Below are positions 1 through 15,315 of a stretch of 64,000 nt of DNA, one piece after another; positions within the stretch are counted from its first letter, which is position 1, and the number at the start of each line of letters is the position of its first letter. This DNA is from Octopus sinensis (Eukaryota). The translations under genes were made by a program, and so were the position numbers. The notes beneath the pieces were generated by a model. It saw only the letters and a program-made list of their open reading frames with translations. It searched no databases and was not told the DNA's origin. Location: assembly GCF_006345805.1 (NCBI RefSeq), contig NC_042999.1, positions 20,894,001 to 20,958,000 of the forward strand. Reading direction: 5' to 3'.

Positions 1-180
1 AAGAGAAACTATTTCTATAGGAGAGAAATGCCATTTTGGCTGAATGTTATGAAATCGAGATAGACGACAAAGTTATCGAGACAGAGGATAATGAACTTAA
101 GATGACTATGACGTTCACGAGCATCAGATTGGTCATGGCGAATTTGTGCGTACATAGAACAGTTTATATGCGTATGTGAA

Positions 181-1050
181 AGTGGCGAGCTGGCAGAAAC
201 GGTAGCACGCCGGGCGAAATGCGTAGCCGTACCTTCTGGTACCTTCTGCCGGTACCTTCTGGGTTCAAATTCTGCTGATACTTAATTTATCGACCCAAAA
301 AAGGATGAAAGGCAAAATCGACCTCGGCGGAATTTGAACTCAGAACGTAGCGGCAGACGAAATACCGCTAAGCATATCGCCCGGCGTGCTAACGATTCTG
401 CCAGCTCATCGCCTTATTTTAATAATGGTTGCAAATTTTGCAACAAGGGCAGCAGTTTGGGGAATAGGATAAGTCGATTACATCGACCCCAGTGATTTAC
501 TGGTACTTAATTTATCGATAAATTAAGTACCAGTTACGCACTGGGGTCGATGTAACCGACTTAATCCGTGGGTCTGTACTTGTTTGTCCTCTCTGTGTTT
601 AGCCCCGTGTGGGTAGTAAAGAAATATATATGCGTATGTGTCGGTGGTGAGCTGGCAGAATCGTTATCACATCAGGCGAAATAGCAGTATTTCGTCTGTC
701 AGTACATTCTCAGATCAAATTCCGCCATGGTCGACTTTGCCATTCAGCCTTTCGAGGTCGATAAATTAAGTACCAGTAAATCACTAGGGTCGATGTAATC
801 GACTTATCTCCCCCAAAAAAACCATTATTAAAATAAGGCGGTGAGCTGGCAGAAACGTTAGCACGCCGGGCGAAATGCGTAGCCGTATTTCATCTGCCGC
901 TACGTTCTGAGTTCAAATTCCGCCGAGGTCGATTTTGCCTTTCATCCTTTTGGGGTCGATAAATTAAGTACCAGCTACGCACTGGGGTCGATATAATCGA
1001 ATTAATCCCTTAGTCTGTCATTGTTTGTCCCCTATGTGTTTAGCCCCTTG
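181..1050. mobile_element. Cluster of tRNA-derived SINE copies (family A) in both orientations
   Basis: Repeated GAGCTGGCAGAAACGTTAGCACGCCGGGCG head, GTTCAAATTCC B-box-like motif and GCCTTTCATCCTTT.GGGGTCGATAAATTAAGTACCAG body. Copies at ~181-280 (+), 281-415 (-), 468-516 (-), 517-625 (+), 646-808 (+), 838-1050 (+). The body resembles the Deu/Nin SINE domain as I recall it; not checked against a database. Confidence 0.85.
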
Positions 1051-1272
1051 TTGGTAGTAAAGAAATAAATATATGCGTATGTGTGTGTGTGCGTGCATGT
1101 ATATGTATATATGTGGTGTATGCCTGTGTGTGTATGCGCATGCGTGTGCGTGTGTACATGTGTATATGTGTGTGAATATCTAGATAGGTAGTTATACGTA
1201 CATACACGTACAGGCGCATATACATTTTTAATTTGGATATATGACACTCTGGTGTCTCTCCTTAGGAATACG

Positions 1273-1487
1273 CTCTTTTACTTGTTCCATTTATTTGACT
1301 GTGGCCATACTGGAGCACCGCAGTTTAGTTAACCAAATCGACCGCAGGACTTATTCTTTGTAAGCCTAGTACTTATTCTATAGGTTTCTTTTGCCGAACC
1401 GCTAATTTACGGTGACGTAAACACACCACCATAGGTTGTCAAGCGATGTTGGGGGACAAACACAGACTCACAAACACATACACATAT

Positions 1488-1543
<56 letters not shown>

Positions 1544-1724
1544 GTATATATACATATATACGGCGGACTTCTTTCAGTTTCTGTCTACCAAATCCACTCA
1601 CAAGGCTTTGGTCGCCCCGAGGCCATAGTAGAAGACACTTGCCCAAGGTGCCACACAGTGGGACTGAACACGGAACCATGCAATTCGTAAGCAACCTACT
1701 TACCACACAGTTACTCCTACGCCT
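1273..1724 (-). mobile_element. tRNA-derived CORE-type SINE (family B) with internal (CA)n/(TA)n tract
   Basis: Minus strand reads GGCGTAGGAGT..TGTGTGG (A-box-like), GTTCAGTCCC (B-box-like), then CCTTGGGCAAGTGTCTT (CORE-like), an internal microsatellite and a 3' half ending in AAGTAAAAGAG repeats. Homologous to at least 7 other copies in the window. Confidence 0.85.
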
Positions 1725-1944
1725 ACGCAGTCACTTCTACACCTTGTGAATACATCCTAGGAAATCACTTGATGGTATTTTTTCTGGAGTTCTCATGGGA
1801 ATTAGCTTACGATATACAACTCCTAGGCTGTCTACTTGAAAGCTGGTAAGATGGTACGTTTTCTAATTCGCTGGAATCTGGGGAGACAAATACTTGAGTG
1901 TCTGGTTGTTATAAGTAGTAATGATCCCATATTGATATTAGCAC

Positions 1945-2125
1945 AGGCAAAGCCGGCAGAATATATGGATCGTCGGGGAAATATTTAGAGAGGTTTCTTA
2001 AGCGTCTTTAACGTCTGAATTTAAGTCCCGGTGAGGTCGGCTTTGTGTTCATCATTTCAAGGTTGATAAGATAAAGTACCAGTCAAGTACTAAAATCGCT
2101 ACAATCGACTAACTCGTCTACTAAA
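1945..2125 (+). mobile_element. Degenerate family A SINE
   Basis: GGCAGAA..., GAGGTCGGCTTTG..TTCATCATTTCAAGGTTGATAAGATAAAGTACCAGTC and AATCGACT motifs, diverged from the intact copies. Confidence 0.55.
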
Positions 2126-2310
2126 ATTACTCATTTTTGCACAAAAATTTCCAATAGTTATTAGGACAAGCAAATCGCCGTCTGCATACACGCATGTGAG
2201 TATACAAACGTACCCAAACAAACACACACAAAGATATATATATATATATGAATATACAGAGCGACAGATGTGGATATGTTATATATATATATATATATAA
2301 TATATATATA

Positions 2311-2352
<42 letters not shown>

Positions 2353-2717
2353 ATATATATATATATATATATCTCTATATATATATATATATATATAATA
2401 TATATATGTATATATATATATCTATATATATATATTATAAATAATATATATGTATATATATACATTCATACTGACACAGGTGTATAGGTAAGTGCATGTA
2501 CTTACAGCTTTAAATATATCTACAGGCGTATGTGCGCACTCATGTGCGAGCAGGTTAACAGACGTAGCGATGAAAAGCAACTGATCATAAAGAAGTAAAT
2601 GGGCAATAAAAACGAAAAGTAACGCAAACACTAGCCATTATCTTGCTAGCTGGATGAATAATGAAACTATTACATCAACAAAATTATATTTAAATATATA
2701 TATACATATATATATAT

Positions 2718-2767
<50 letters not shown>

Positions 2768-3028
2768 GTATGTATATGTATATATATATATATATGTATA
2801 CACATATAATATATATATGTATATGTACGTATATGTATATATGTATATATATCTTTATACATATGTATATGCATATAGAATATATATATATATATATGGA
2901 AAACTTTGCGTCTATGTGCATGAATCTCTATATTGATGAAATGAATATTAAATATATATATATATATATACACACACATTCGTGTGAGTGTGTATGTATC
3001 CATACATATATATATGTATATATATATA

Positions 3029-3082
<54 letters not shown>

Positions 3083-3116
3083 GTGTGCATTGATGTATGT
3101 ATATATGTATGTGCCC

Positions 3117-3163
<47 letters not shown>

Positions 3164-3489
3164 TGGTATTAGTATGCCAGTATATAATTGAAAGGAAATT
3201 TAACATATATATATATACGAAAAAAATAAACTCTTCCATTGACGTTCACAGTAGCACAATCAACTTCATCACAAACTAACACGTATACAAATAATAAACA
3301 ACAAGTCTTTACTACCATTCTTTGAAACAATATGAAAATTAAATACGTCTTTAAAATCATAAATACAATCATGTAGTAATAATTAAAATCACTACCGTTG
3401 TCTGGTTAGAAGCATTCTGAATCACGTTAATAACTTTAATTATTCATCTGATAATAAGAACATTGCTTTCATGCTGTGTCCTTTTATTG

Positions 3490-4488
<999 letters not shown>

Positions 4489-4502
4489 TACACACACGCG
4501 TC

Positions 4503-4554
<52 letters not shown>

Positions 4555-4559
4555 ATATA

Positions 4560-4858
4560 TAGGAGTGTCTGTGTGGTAAGTAGCTTGTTTACCAACCTCA
4601 TGGTTCCGGGTTCGGACCCACTGCGTAGCCTCGAGGCATCTTGGGTAAGTGTCTTCTGCTATAGCCCCGGTCCGACCAAAGCCTTGTGAGTAGATTGGTA
4701 GAGGGAAACTGAAAGAAGCCCATGGTATATATGTGTGTATGTTTGAGTTTACGTCCGGAACTTAGCGATTCGGCAAAAGAGAGCGATAGAATAAGTACTA
4801 GGTTTACAAAGAATAAAGCCTTGGGTCGATTGCTCAACCAAAGGCGGTGCTCCAAGTA
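4560..4858 (+). mobile_element. Family B SINE (internally deleted 3' half)
   Basis: AGGAGTGTCTGTGTGGTAAGTAGCTTG...GGTTCCGGGTTCGGACCC...CTTGGGTAAGTGTCTT...AAGGCGGTGCTCCA. Confidence 0.8.
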
Positions 4859-4866
4859 AAAGAGTT

Positions 4867-4936
<70 letters not shown>

Positions 4937-4937
4937 T

Positions 4938-5504
4938 TATAAAAATAGCGTAAAGTAAAATAATTTACTTTCCCACATACCGAACTTTTTAGAAATAGCA
5001 GCCAAAAATTTGGCTATTTCTTCTACTGCAAGAAAAGTCTCCTAAACAATGTATACTCAGAAATAACTCACATAGGTATAAGGGAAAATCAACGAAAGAT
5101 CACATCCATATGAGATCACCCGATAACAAGCCTGTTTCTGGATTAGTTGACTAAACGCCAACATTTCCTTCATCATCTCAGAGATTTCTTCTGATTTGAA
5201 TTTGAAAGTACTAAAAATCAAACATACCCGTCCGATATGAGTAACACCGGACAAACCATGCCAGACCACCAGTACCAGCGAATCCAAAAATACAAATGAG
5301 ATCTAGTATATTCTCCCTGTCCACTGACGTGAGTTAGAGAGTAGTGCATTCCTATAGAGGCAAAACTGTAGTTAAAATTTGGGGGGGAGAAAGTATTATA
5401 TTGTCAATAGATTCCTACTGTTTTGCCTATGTAGGAATGCACTACTCTCTAACTCACGTCGGTGGACAGGGAGAATACTAGATCTCATTTGTATTTTTGG
5501 ATTC
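4938..5504. mobile_element. Diverged homologue of the 557-bp unit with terminal fold-back (Penelope-like non-autonomous element, inferred)
   Basis: 4948-5414 aligns by eye with the 557-bp unit (AGTAAAATAA.TT.ACTTT.CCACATAC.GAACT...TTAGAAATAGCAGC; CTCCC..TCCAC...CGTG.GTTA; GAGAAAG...ATTATA.T.TCAA). It is followed by an inverted copy (5415-5504) of 5280-5371. Confidence 0.65.
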
Positions 5505-5794
5505 ATTTTTTCAGTTTTCATGTTTATTAATATTTTCAGTTTTTATGATTAGTAATAAAAACATTATCAGATTCAATACGACGTTTCATCGTTTCACTTT
5601 CTTTTCTGTTTTATTAAGAGTTAAACAATTTTTTTTGTTCAGTAATATAAGCAAAAGTACCGATTTTTCTCATAAAACGTGGGGAGATAACCCGATATTT
5701 CAATGATGGTAAGATGACCAAAAAGTACCAAACATTTTTTACATGAACACGCATGCACATATAATCATGCGCACGCGCCGCATGTTTCTTTATG

Positions 5795-5847
<53 letters not shown>

Positions 5848-7181
5848 GAGAGGAATGAGCCACGAGAAATAACTAATGTCTCCAGAATCATGATTTATGT
5901 GAATAAAATCAAGCAAAGGTATATAAAATAGTGGATAAGAAATTGTTTTTTCATTTTCAGAGATGAGAGAGCAATCACTTGATGGCATTTAGGAATGGAT
6001 TCAATTGAAAAGTGTAGACTCATAAAAGCGTCAAGAATTCTTGAAAATTGACAGTCTACTAAAGACGAGATTCCTTGATTGTTAAGAATTTGTTTCTCTA
6101 TGTTTGTTGTTGTCACCTAGACTACATACATGTTATACATTACAACATAACTTGGAAGTGACCTCGAAGTTTCGGCGAGCTAGCCAACATTCCACACACA
6201 CACACACACACCTATACATACATATATAAAAGAGAGTTTGTATGTGTGTGTGTATGTGTGTATGTACGTATGTTCCTTATGCCTTCAAAAACCGAGTTAC
6301 CGATTTTGACATATGGAGTATCGAAAGATTCAGTACTATTTCATCTAACAACTAAATTTTATTTTCATTCACATATTTGCATTACAAAAACTTAACATTG
6401 TAATCATTTCTATAAGTCAACTATCGCAAACATTTTGTACGACGACGACGACGATGACGTCACATTTTCTATATGAGCGTGTACCTTAAAAGACATCTAT
6501 CATCATGACACGCACCTTCACTCACTCATCCATTCTCTCTTTTTCTCTCTTTCTTTCTCTCTCTCCCTTTCTCTCACACACACGTTCATTTTATATACAC
6601 GTACATACATCTATCACTTTCTCATCTCCTTCAGTTTCTGCTCTCTCTCTCCCCATTTCACTTTCTCTTTTCTTTCAATTTCTGCTCTCTTCAAAGTAAG
6701 GATAAACAAATAACCTTTTACGGAATGAACCAGAAAAACACAGAATGTGAAAAAGACAGAGAGAAAAGATAAAGAAAAAGAGACGGAAAAAAAGGTTTTT
6801 AAAGGACAAGATGAAAAACAGGGATAGCGAGTGAGAGAGAAAGGCAGATGTTTCATACCCTACGAATGTTCTAAAGTTGAAATTTACAGAAAGCCGGCAG
6901 AAAGTTGATACTGTATGTTTTAAAGGTCAACATGAAAGAAAGCCAATACAAAGAGGAGGGAAAGCGGGAGAGAAGGAGACGCTGAGAATCCCAGAAACGA
7001 GATCGGATCCCACATTTTCACTTTCGTCCCATGTTTCACGCGTGCGTAGCATTGGGCGTTATCCCTTTATTTCAATTTCTCATTAAAATGTACGGAGACC
7101 TTAGGGTGTCAATATGTTACAACTTCACTACATTTCCTTCGTTAGGAATTAAGAAAGGTATGCAAAAATAACTTTCTTAGT

Positions 7182-7185
<4 letters not shown>

Positions 7186-7254
<69 letters not shown>
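7186..7254. repeat. (CA)n microsatellite
   Basis: Direct reading. One of dozens of dinucleotide tracts in the window, which are not all listed. Confidence 0.95.
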
Positions 7255-7258
<4 letters not shown>

Positions 7259-7841
7259 TAAAGTTCTGTATGAATTACCTTATTTTTTGGTATGCTTAAT
7301 TACAGCTCAAATCCTATGTAAATTACCTTTTCTTGTTCTGGCATTCTTGTTTGAGATGAGCGTATTTCAAATCCTGATCCTCCAGTGTAGATATTTAGTC
7401 TACCAACACTGGGCTTACGCAAAACATAGTTTACCCTTGTCGGCATCGCTTAACATTTGTTGAAGTGTGCAGTCTGCTCAAACATTACAAAGATGGAGCT
7501 TTTCACAATGAAGCAGCTTTCTTTCCATGTACAATAATTTCTGCAATACCGTTACCTCTACGTCCTCATACATCATACAGTTCTTTACATACGTAAGTCA
7601 AGGTCATTTTGGGGGCAATGTTAGGATTTCGTTCTAATCTAAGCTACCATTCTACATGGATTTTGTGTCAACAATTTCCGCATTGTTCATCACAAAATTA
7701 CCGTAAAACATGTTTATAAACAAGAGTTGTTTGCATCACACTCGTAGTGTGCCGATTCTGCCCATAAGAAAGAGGCAAATAATACAATGTAACTACAGGC
7801 CATATAACCCAGCAACGTCGGGATGCATTGGTAGTGTGTTT

Positions 7842-7925
<84 letters not shown>

Positions 7926-8233
7926 CAAAATACTTCAAGATTGAATAAAATGCAGTGGAAAATATGATATACCTGTATATACATACATACATACACATAT
8001 ATATATATATATATATATAATATATATATATATTATATATATATATATATATAATATATATATACTGAACAAACGAAGGAAAGTAGCATCCGATAGATTT
8101 ATTTGAAGTAATATGTTGTTAATATTTAATTAATTTGCTGTGAAATATCGAGGCATGCGAGTATACAGTGTACTATAGTTTTTGTCTTAGTGTAATCTAC
8201 TAAATACATAAATGATTCTATGTACATCTAAAC

Positions 8234-8267
<34 letters not shown>

Positions 8268-9900
8268 TACATATCTATGTGTGTAGTTATATATGTATGT
8301 GGGCGAGAGTGTGTAGGTTTCTATAAATGTACGTGGTCTGTGGCAGTGTGTCCATCTTAATATGAGAAAACATGCGACTTGTATCTTTAATTTCGTAGCC
8401 GCAGGTTACAGCAAATATTTATGTCAGTAGGTCGCAAATATTTCTAAAATGTTATGAGATTAAACATATTTAGTTAGATTGTGGAAAATGATAATAATAT
8501 TTTCACAGTAGATTTAACAGTTCTTGCTAAGTAGCGTAATACTTTAATAGTCTTACTTTGTTTGCTACAAAGATTTGCTGACGGGGATGGTAGATTGAAG
8601 AGTATATCAATAAATCACTAATTTCTGATTTGACCATTACTGTGTGATTCTTGTCCACATATATGTTCATATTTATTTTCAGCCGACAGACTGGATAATA
8701 TTCCGTACAACGAGAAGTGTCAGCGGTTGTTATCCATTTACTACCACAATTTTGTTTCTATGCACAAGACACGGCATTCACGTTCTCCTAATTTAGTCAG
8801 CAGTCTATAAGTACGAGATTTAAAGTGAATTTACACAAATAAAGAGATGGAACTTCTGTAAATGTGTGAAGTGTTTCGCGGGTGTTAAGAGCTGAGTTTG
8901 TTATTTTTCTAGGAAGAACTAGGAGAGCTACCCTCCTTTGTTAATTAAATTTTGTCTTTCGGCAAATTGACGATGATGTACTCAACGGCTCTGCTACAGA
9001 TTGTACGTGCAAAAACCTCTGGCTACAATGCTTTATGCCGGTCACACTTGCAAGCCTGGAATATGTTTCTCAGCAATAAAAGCTAAACAAAAGTAGAAAC
9101 AAACAAAATGTATTAGAGCACCGTTCATCCTGTAATAATCCTCCAAATAAACTGAGTTCTATTCGTATATTAAAATACTTTCCTCTGTATATAATAGGCT
9201 TCCTCGTCTTTTTCTATTTAGTTGCTCCACTAGCAGCATTACCATTCCACTCATACTGTGTACCCCCAGAATAAACCCTTATACTTAGAGACCTATTTCA
9301 TCTCTCACGCGCTACGAGGATACATCCTGCTATTTGGAAGCTTCTATATGTCTCACTCCATAGAAATATAACCCATGGGAGCTACTCAAATATCGTATTA
9401 TTGCATTGGCCTTTAATCTCTAATGTTATAGAGAAAGCCATTGACATTGACAGGGGAACAGAATGAATCTCATTCTCGCGTCAGTAACTACAATTACGAT
9501 GCTACAATGCAATATATATACTGCTGATCTAATATATTACGTCGGTATCCAGCTGTTTTCTGCTGCAAAGAATTTCTATTTTGCCCTAGACCTTTGCATA
9601 CTTTTGACTCTGGCTTTTAAAATATCTGGGCTATATATTTACACCGCTCTCAGCTCTTACATCAGCAACATCCGATGAGATTATGTCGAGGCCTTATGTA
9701 ACGTTAGTGTTATTTGTTTCACTTCGTCAAGAAGTCTCTTCACGCCTCGACAGCCCTGATGCATCCAATCCAACCACACCGAAACGGTAGAGGAATTCAA
9801 TGTCAAACTGATCTACCGCAGCTTCTAGTAAATTTTCTGGAACGGTTACGTCTTTTGATGCATCATGTGAAATTTATACACACACACACACACACACGCG

Positions 9901-9931
<31 letters not shown>

Positions 9932-9960
9932 ATAAGTACGTATACATACATATGTGTATG

Positions 9961-10133
9961 TTCAATTTGAAGACTCCACTAGAATGGACGAAAGCGCTAT
10001 TATATGATATATGATATATGATTTATAAAAACATGTAACATGCTAATAAATATCTGTAAATATAAAACCATCCGGATTTATGAGTACCTAATTTCTTCTA
10101 ATATATGTATATATATATATATATAATATATAT

Positions 10134-10219
<86 letters not shown>

Positions 10220-10790
10220 TATACACATACACAAATTTGAGGAAGCAATATCCCTATAAAGGATTGTTAAAAACAACCCAGATGCCAAATGCATTTAACA
10301 AATATATTGATAAGAAGTTCTCCAATATATATGTATAAACAGTCTCATAACTTATAAAGACAATAAAAGAAAATGGAGAAGAAAAAATATATAAGCAATC
10401 CTTGGTTCATTTTATTTATATTACAATGGTAAAGTAATGCAAATTAAAAGATTAAAAGCTATACCTGTAAGAATAAGTATTAAGGGAACAACAAAACAAC
10501 ACAAAATTATCCAAAAATGTTCTACATATGTTTCAATCAGACAATATGCTTGAATCTTCAATAATTGGAACTTTTATAGATGTAATAAATGATATATTGT
10601 CAGATATCGTCAGGAAAATAAGTATATATTCGGTCTTCAATTACAAAATGACTTACTTGAGGACACTTTTTAGTAACTTTCAAATGCAAATAAACAACAT
10701 ATTATGACGCCGAGTTCATGTGATTAGAAATTTATCGTTTACAATTGAGCTAATATTGAACGTTGAAATGCTGCTAAAACATCAAATTTA
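9961..10790. mobile_element. Decayed Penelope-like fragments with two hammerhead relics, interrupted by (TA)n
   Basis: 9967-9999 (+): UUGAAGA-CUCCA-CUAGAA-UGGAC-GAAA-GCGCUA. 10523-10561 (-): UUGAAGA...GAAA-CAUAUG-UA. The AAAAC(C)ATCC.GATTT.TGAGTACCT.ATTTCTTCTAATAT motif near 10065 recurs near 12565. Confidence 0.35.
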
Positions 10791-10923
10791 TTTGAAAAAT
10801 ATTCTACTATCATATTTAAATTTAAATTTGAATCTATTTATAAAAGTTTATGTGAGGGAGATGGTAGAAAGAGAGATGTAACTTATCATGTAATATACAT
10901 AGAATTAGATTGGGAAGTGTATG

Positions 10924-10971
<48 letters not shown>

Positions 10972-11399
10972 TGTATATACTTATATTTATAAAATTCATT
11001 GAAGCAATATGTGATGAATACACATATAATTTAACATGAATCGTGTATTGTTTTCTACGATAATGTTTTCTAAAATTAGTATAGAGAAAAAATATAACAT
11101 TGGTGTCATTTAGGATTAAATGGGTTATGATATAATTTCCGGTGTTCTAAGAAAAAATATTTGGTGTTTTAGAATATTAGGTATATAAAAAATACCTATA
11201 TAACACTCACTTTAGAAATGCTAGAGAAATTAAAAACCAGTGTTACAGGAAACATTCCCTAGATCAAAATTTGTGTAACTCGTAATCTCCCTATCTTTTA
11301 ATATATGGTTAATCATTTCATTGTGTATTTTAAAAATGTAAAATATCTCGTTTCAGTATAGAAATATGTCTATAAGTTTCAGGGATAGAACATATATCA

Positions 11400-11464
11400 A
11401 TACATACATATATACATACATACATACATACATACATACATACATACATACATACATACATACA

Positions 11465-11492
<28 letters not shown>
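11400..11492. repeat. (TACA)n tetranucleotide microsatellite
   Basis: Direct reading. Confidence 0.95.
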
Positions 11493-11500
<8 letters not shown>

Positions 11501-12279
11501 TATAACTAAAAAAATGTATGATAGATTGCAGTCAATTCATTCTCTCTTACCTGTTTGTGTCTGCCTTCCAAATGCTGTTTTTACTGAGATCTCCCTTTTT
11601 AGTAGAAGAAATAGCTATAACCCTTTGACTGCTATTTCTAAATTCGGTATGTGGTAAGGCAACTCGTTGCTAAACCCTTATTGCTTAGTATATATATATA
11701 TATATATATATATGCTAAGAAGATGATAGTATTGCAAAGTGTAAAATAAATAGAAGATATAGTTTGATCTCTTAATCTTGTAATTATACCATTCAATAAT
11801 TTCCCTTCACGCTTACTATTAATCTATAATACCTATCTCATTGTTAAATAGAAAATACATTTATTTATCATTGAATAAACCCCAAATTTATATTTTTTCA
11901 AATAACCCTATTTTTTCATGAATGCTGTATATAATCTTTTAGATTATGAAATCTCATAATCCAGCATTAATGGCTGCTGATTCCTTTAATATATTTCAGC
12001 TGTTGCCAAGCGATAACGGGGGTGGGGATCCAAACAAGTACATTAGTTTGACGCTTGAGAAAATGAAAAAGTCCTACGCTCTACGACAGAAAGGAATGAG
12101 AGAAAATGAACAGAGAGAGAATGAAAAAAAAACCTTTATACTGCAGCGTTTTAGCATGCCGCACAAACTGATCCCAAGGTTTATTATTTGTAAACCTAGA
12201 TTTTATTCTATCGTCATCTTTTCCCGAACCGCTAAGTTAGGGAGACGACCAGCATGGCGAATATATACATATATGTATG

Positions 12280-12321
<42 letters not shown>

Positions 12322-12330
12322 TGTGTATAT

Positions 12331-12376
<46 letters not shown>

Positions 12377-12399
12377 ACATATATATGTAGATGTATATA

Positions 12400-12547
<148 letters not shown>

Positions 12548-14544
12548 TATATGTATATATATAAAACCATCCAAATTTCTGAGTACCTCATTTCTTCTAA
12601 TATAAAATACATGTACATCATCTCTAAACTCTCTAATATATATATTTATATAACGCGCTTCTTTCATTTACCGCCGTCGACCAAATCCACTCACAATGCC
12701 ATGCAGTGAACTGAACCCGGGAATCTGTGGTTGGGAAGCAAACTTCTAGCCACACAGCCACTATATACACACATATATATCTATATGTGTGTGCGTGTTT
12801 GTGTGTGCGAGACAGTGTGTGTGTGTGTATGGGTGTGTTACATATCACAACTGACAATACTACATGAAATATGCACATCTACCTCCTTGTAATACATGAG
12901 GGTATTTTAAATAAAACGTTTCAGTATATGAAACAGCTGTTATATTTTTAAATTTTATACCGATGACTTTATACTATAGTGACAATAAACACATATCGTT
13001 GACTATAAAAGTATTTGTCCTTTTTATTTCATGCTATTAATATGATATTTGAAACGTAGGTTTAATTTTTATCTATCTAATATTTATAGTCATTTCAGTA
13101 TTAAAATATCAGCCATTTTATATTAACGCGTCTGTCTATTTATAAAGCTTCATTAAATTTTAAGTACGCTGAACTTCATTTTTGCACAAATGATGACGCT
13201 CAACCACGTCCGATTCAACTGATCTTTTAGCATCATATACAAAAGTTATTTGATGATTGTTCGGAGGTGTTCTTTATATTTGTTCCTTGGTGTATACCAT
13301 ACTTACTATAAAATCTGTTACACTATCTTTATATTACTTTTTAACGTTGTTCTGTATAATTTCATTCCAATCCGAAATATCTTGAAGTCTTTCATTATGT
13401 AGCTATTATTCTATTGTATTCATTTTCACACAATTTCTTTTAGATTAATATATTCTGCTTTATATACCGTGTATTGAATTTTACAATTCCATTCTATTAA
13501 CATTTACCTCTTTGCCCTCGATAATAAAATGGAGTTTACACACATAACTATTATGTATTTGACACAACCTTTCAAGTGACAATGTTACCTTAATAGATAT
13601 ACGATTTAATTCTGCCATTTTGATTTCAAAACTAACTATATTGGTTCCTTGCACGCTAATTTTGAGAAAGAATTCTATCGATCATGAAGAATTCCGCATT
13701 GTCAGATGTTTGCGCATGCATATTTGTGTATAGGTACGTTTGTAAATATTTAATTTCTAAAGTCTATTGTTATTCGTATATTAGATACGTTACTACGCTA
13801 GAGGTTTATCATTTAATACATTTTAATAGATCTTAATATGTTTAAATATTTTTTCTTCGCCTGAATTACAAACTGTAGATACTTGTGTTTCACCGCACTC
13901 ACATTATATATAGGCGCGTGTGTGTGTGTGTGGATGGATAGGATGTAGTGTGTGCATGTATTCATAATTTGTTAAATGTTTTCTCAAAACCAATAAGCTT
14001 ATTCCTTTCTGTACAAAGTTTACCTATACATGGCTTTTGTATTTTCATATTGCCTCTAGAGGAAGAAACATTTTATTTGAATCTTAATGCCAGCAGCCAA
14101 AACAAATTCTTTAATTTAATATAGCTATTGTTTTGCCTACGTGGCAACAGGTATTGCATACACATTCTTTTTATTGATTTAAATCAAACTTGTATAAGGC
14201 AGGGATGTATATTATCTGAGCATTTTGTCTTATTTATAATTATTTGATAGTATACTGAATTTGCGTACAAATATTAAAAGTCACTGTTGTACCAAATATA
14301 ATATTTTGTTTCCTTAATGAGCTAAATACCAGCTCTTTCGATTTAAAATACTGTATTTTTGAAGAGTCGTAACTCAAATTAATACTTGCTAAAATGGCTA
14401 AATTTTCGCTTAGTAATAGAACACATTTTTTTCCGATTTATCAATGGCAATCCTTATTACCGAATGATAGGAGTGACTTTAACGTATCAGCTATAGTCGT
14501 AGCAGTAGTTTATGCTGTGAAATTACCTGATTTTCGTTAAGATT

Positions 14545-14620
14545 ATGCATAGGGTGTAGGGTAAGTATTAAGGTTTAGATTTAGTGGTTAGGATTAGGGT
14601 TACAGTTAGGGGTAGAGTCA
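14545..14620 (+). repeat. Degenerate TTAGGG-like G-rich tract
   Basis: GCATAGGGTGTAGGGTAAG...GGTTAGGATTAGGGTTACAGTTAGGGGTAG. Confidence 0.5.
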
Positions 14621-15277
14621 GCCTGCATACAAAAGTGTAAATGACCACGTTAAAGTGGCAACGAATAGTAAATTAAATTAGGAGATGAACTGAATAGTTC
14701 GGAAGACATAAGATAAATTCATAAAATATTATGTACACTGAGATTTCCCCATTTATAAATCAAATTAAACTTTGATATATTAAGAGGTACAAGGATCCCT
14801 TTTTATTTTTGTATATAGCATTATTGTAATATGAAGAAATGATAAAAAAAATAAAATAATATGTTCATATAATAAACAAGTATACAAACTATTTTCTAAT
14901 CGGTGTATGTATGCAACCTCTGATTTATTCTGTTTTCATGCTATTTTTGTAGTTATTTTATTATTCCTCCAAACATATTCTATTTACAAACTCACTTTAG
15001 CGATCCTTTACCCATAAGATAACAATATCCATTATAACTATTGAACCGACCTCTGATTTCAATCCTCTGCTTAAAGAGGACTAAAATATGTTCGTTTCTC
15101 ACAATTGACCTAAACCTGAATTCACAAAAATTCAAATGGACATTTACCATTTATGAATTGGATATTTAATGTTGTAGCACTGAAAGAGTTCTTTAGTGGG
15201 TTAATATATTTTTGTTTAGATAAATGATTAAAACGAATGTAGCGAGAGAAAAGTGCAGGGTTGTTACTTCATTTTAT

Positions 15278-15315
<38 letters not shown>

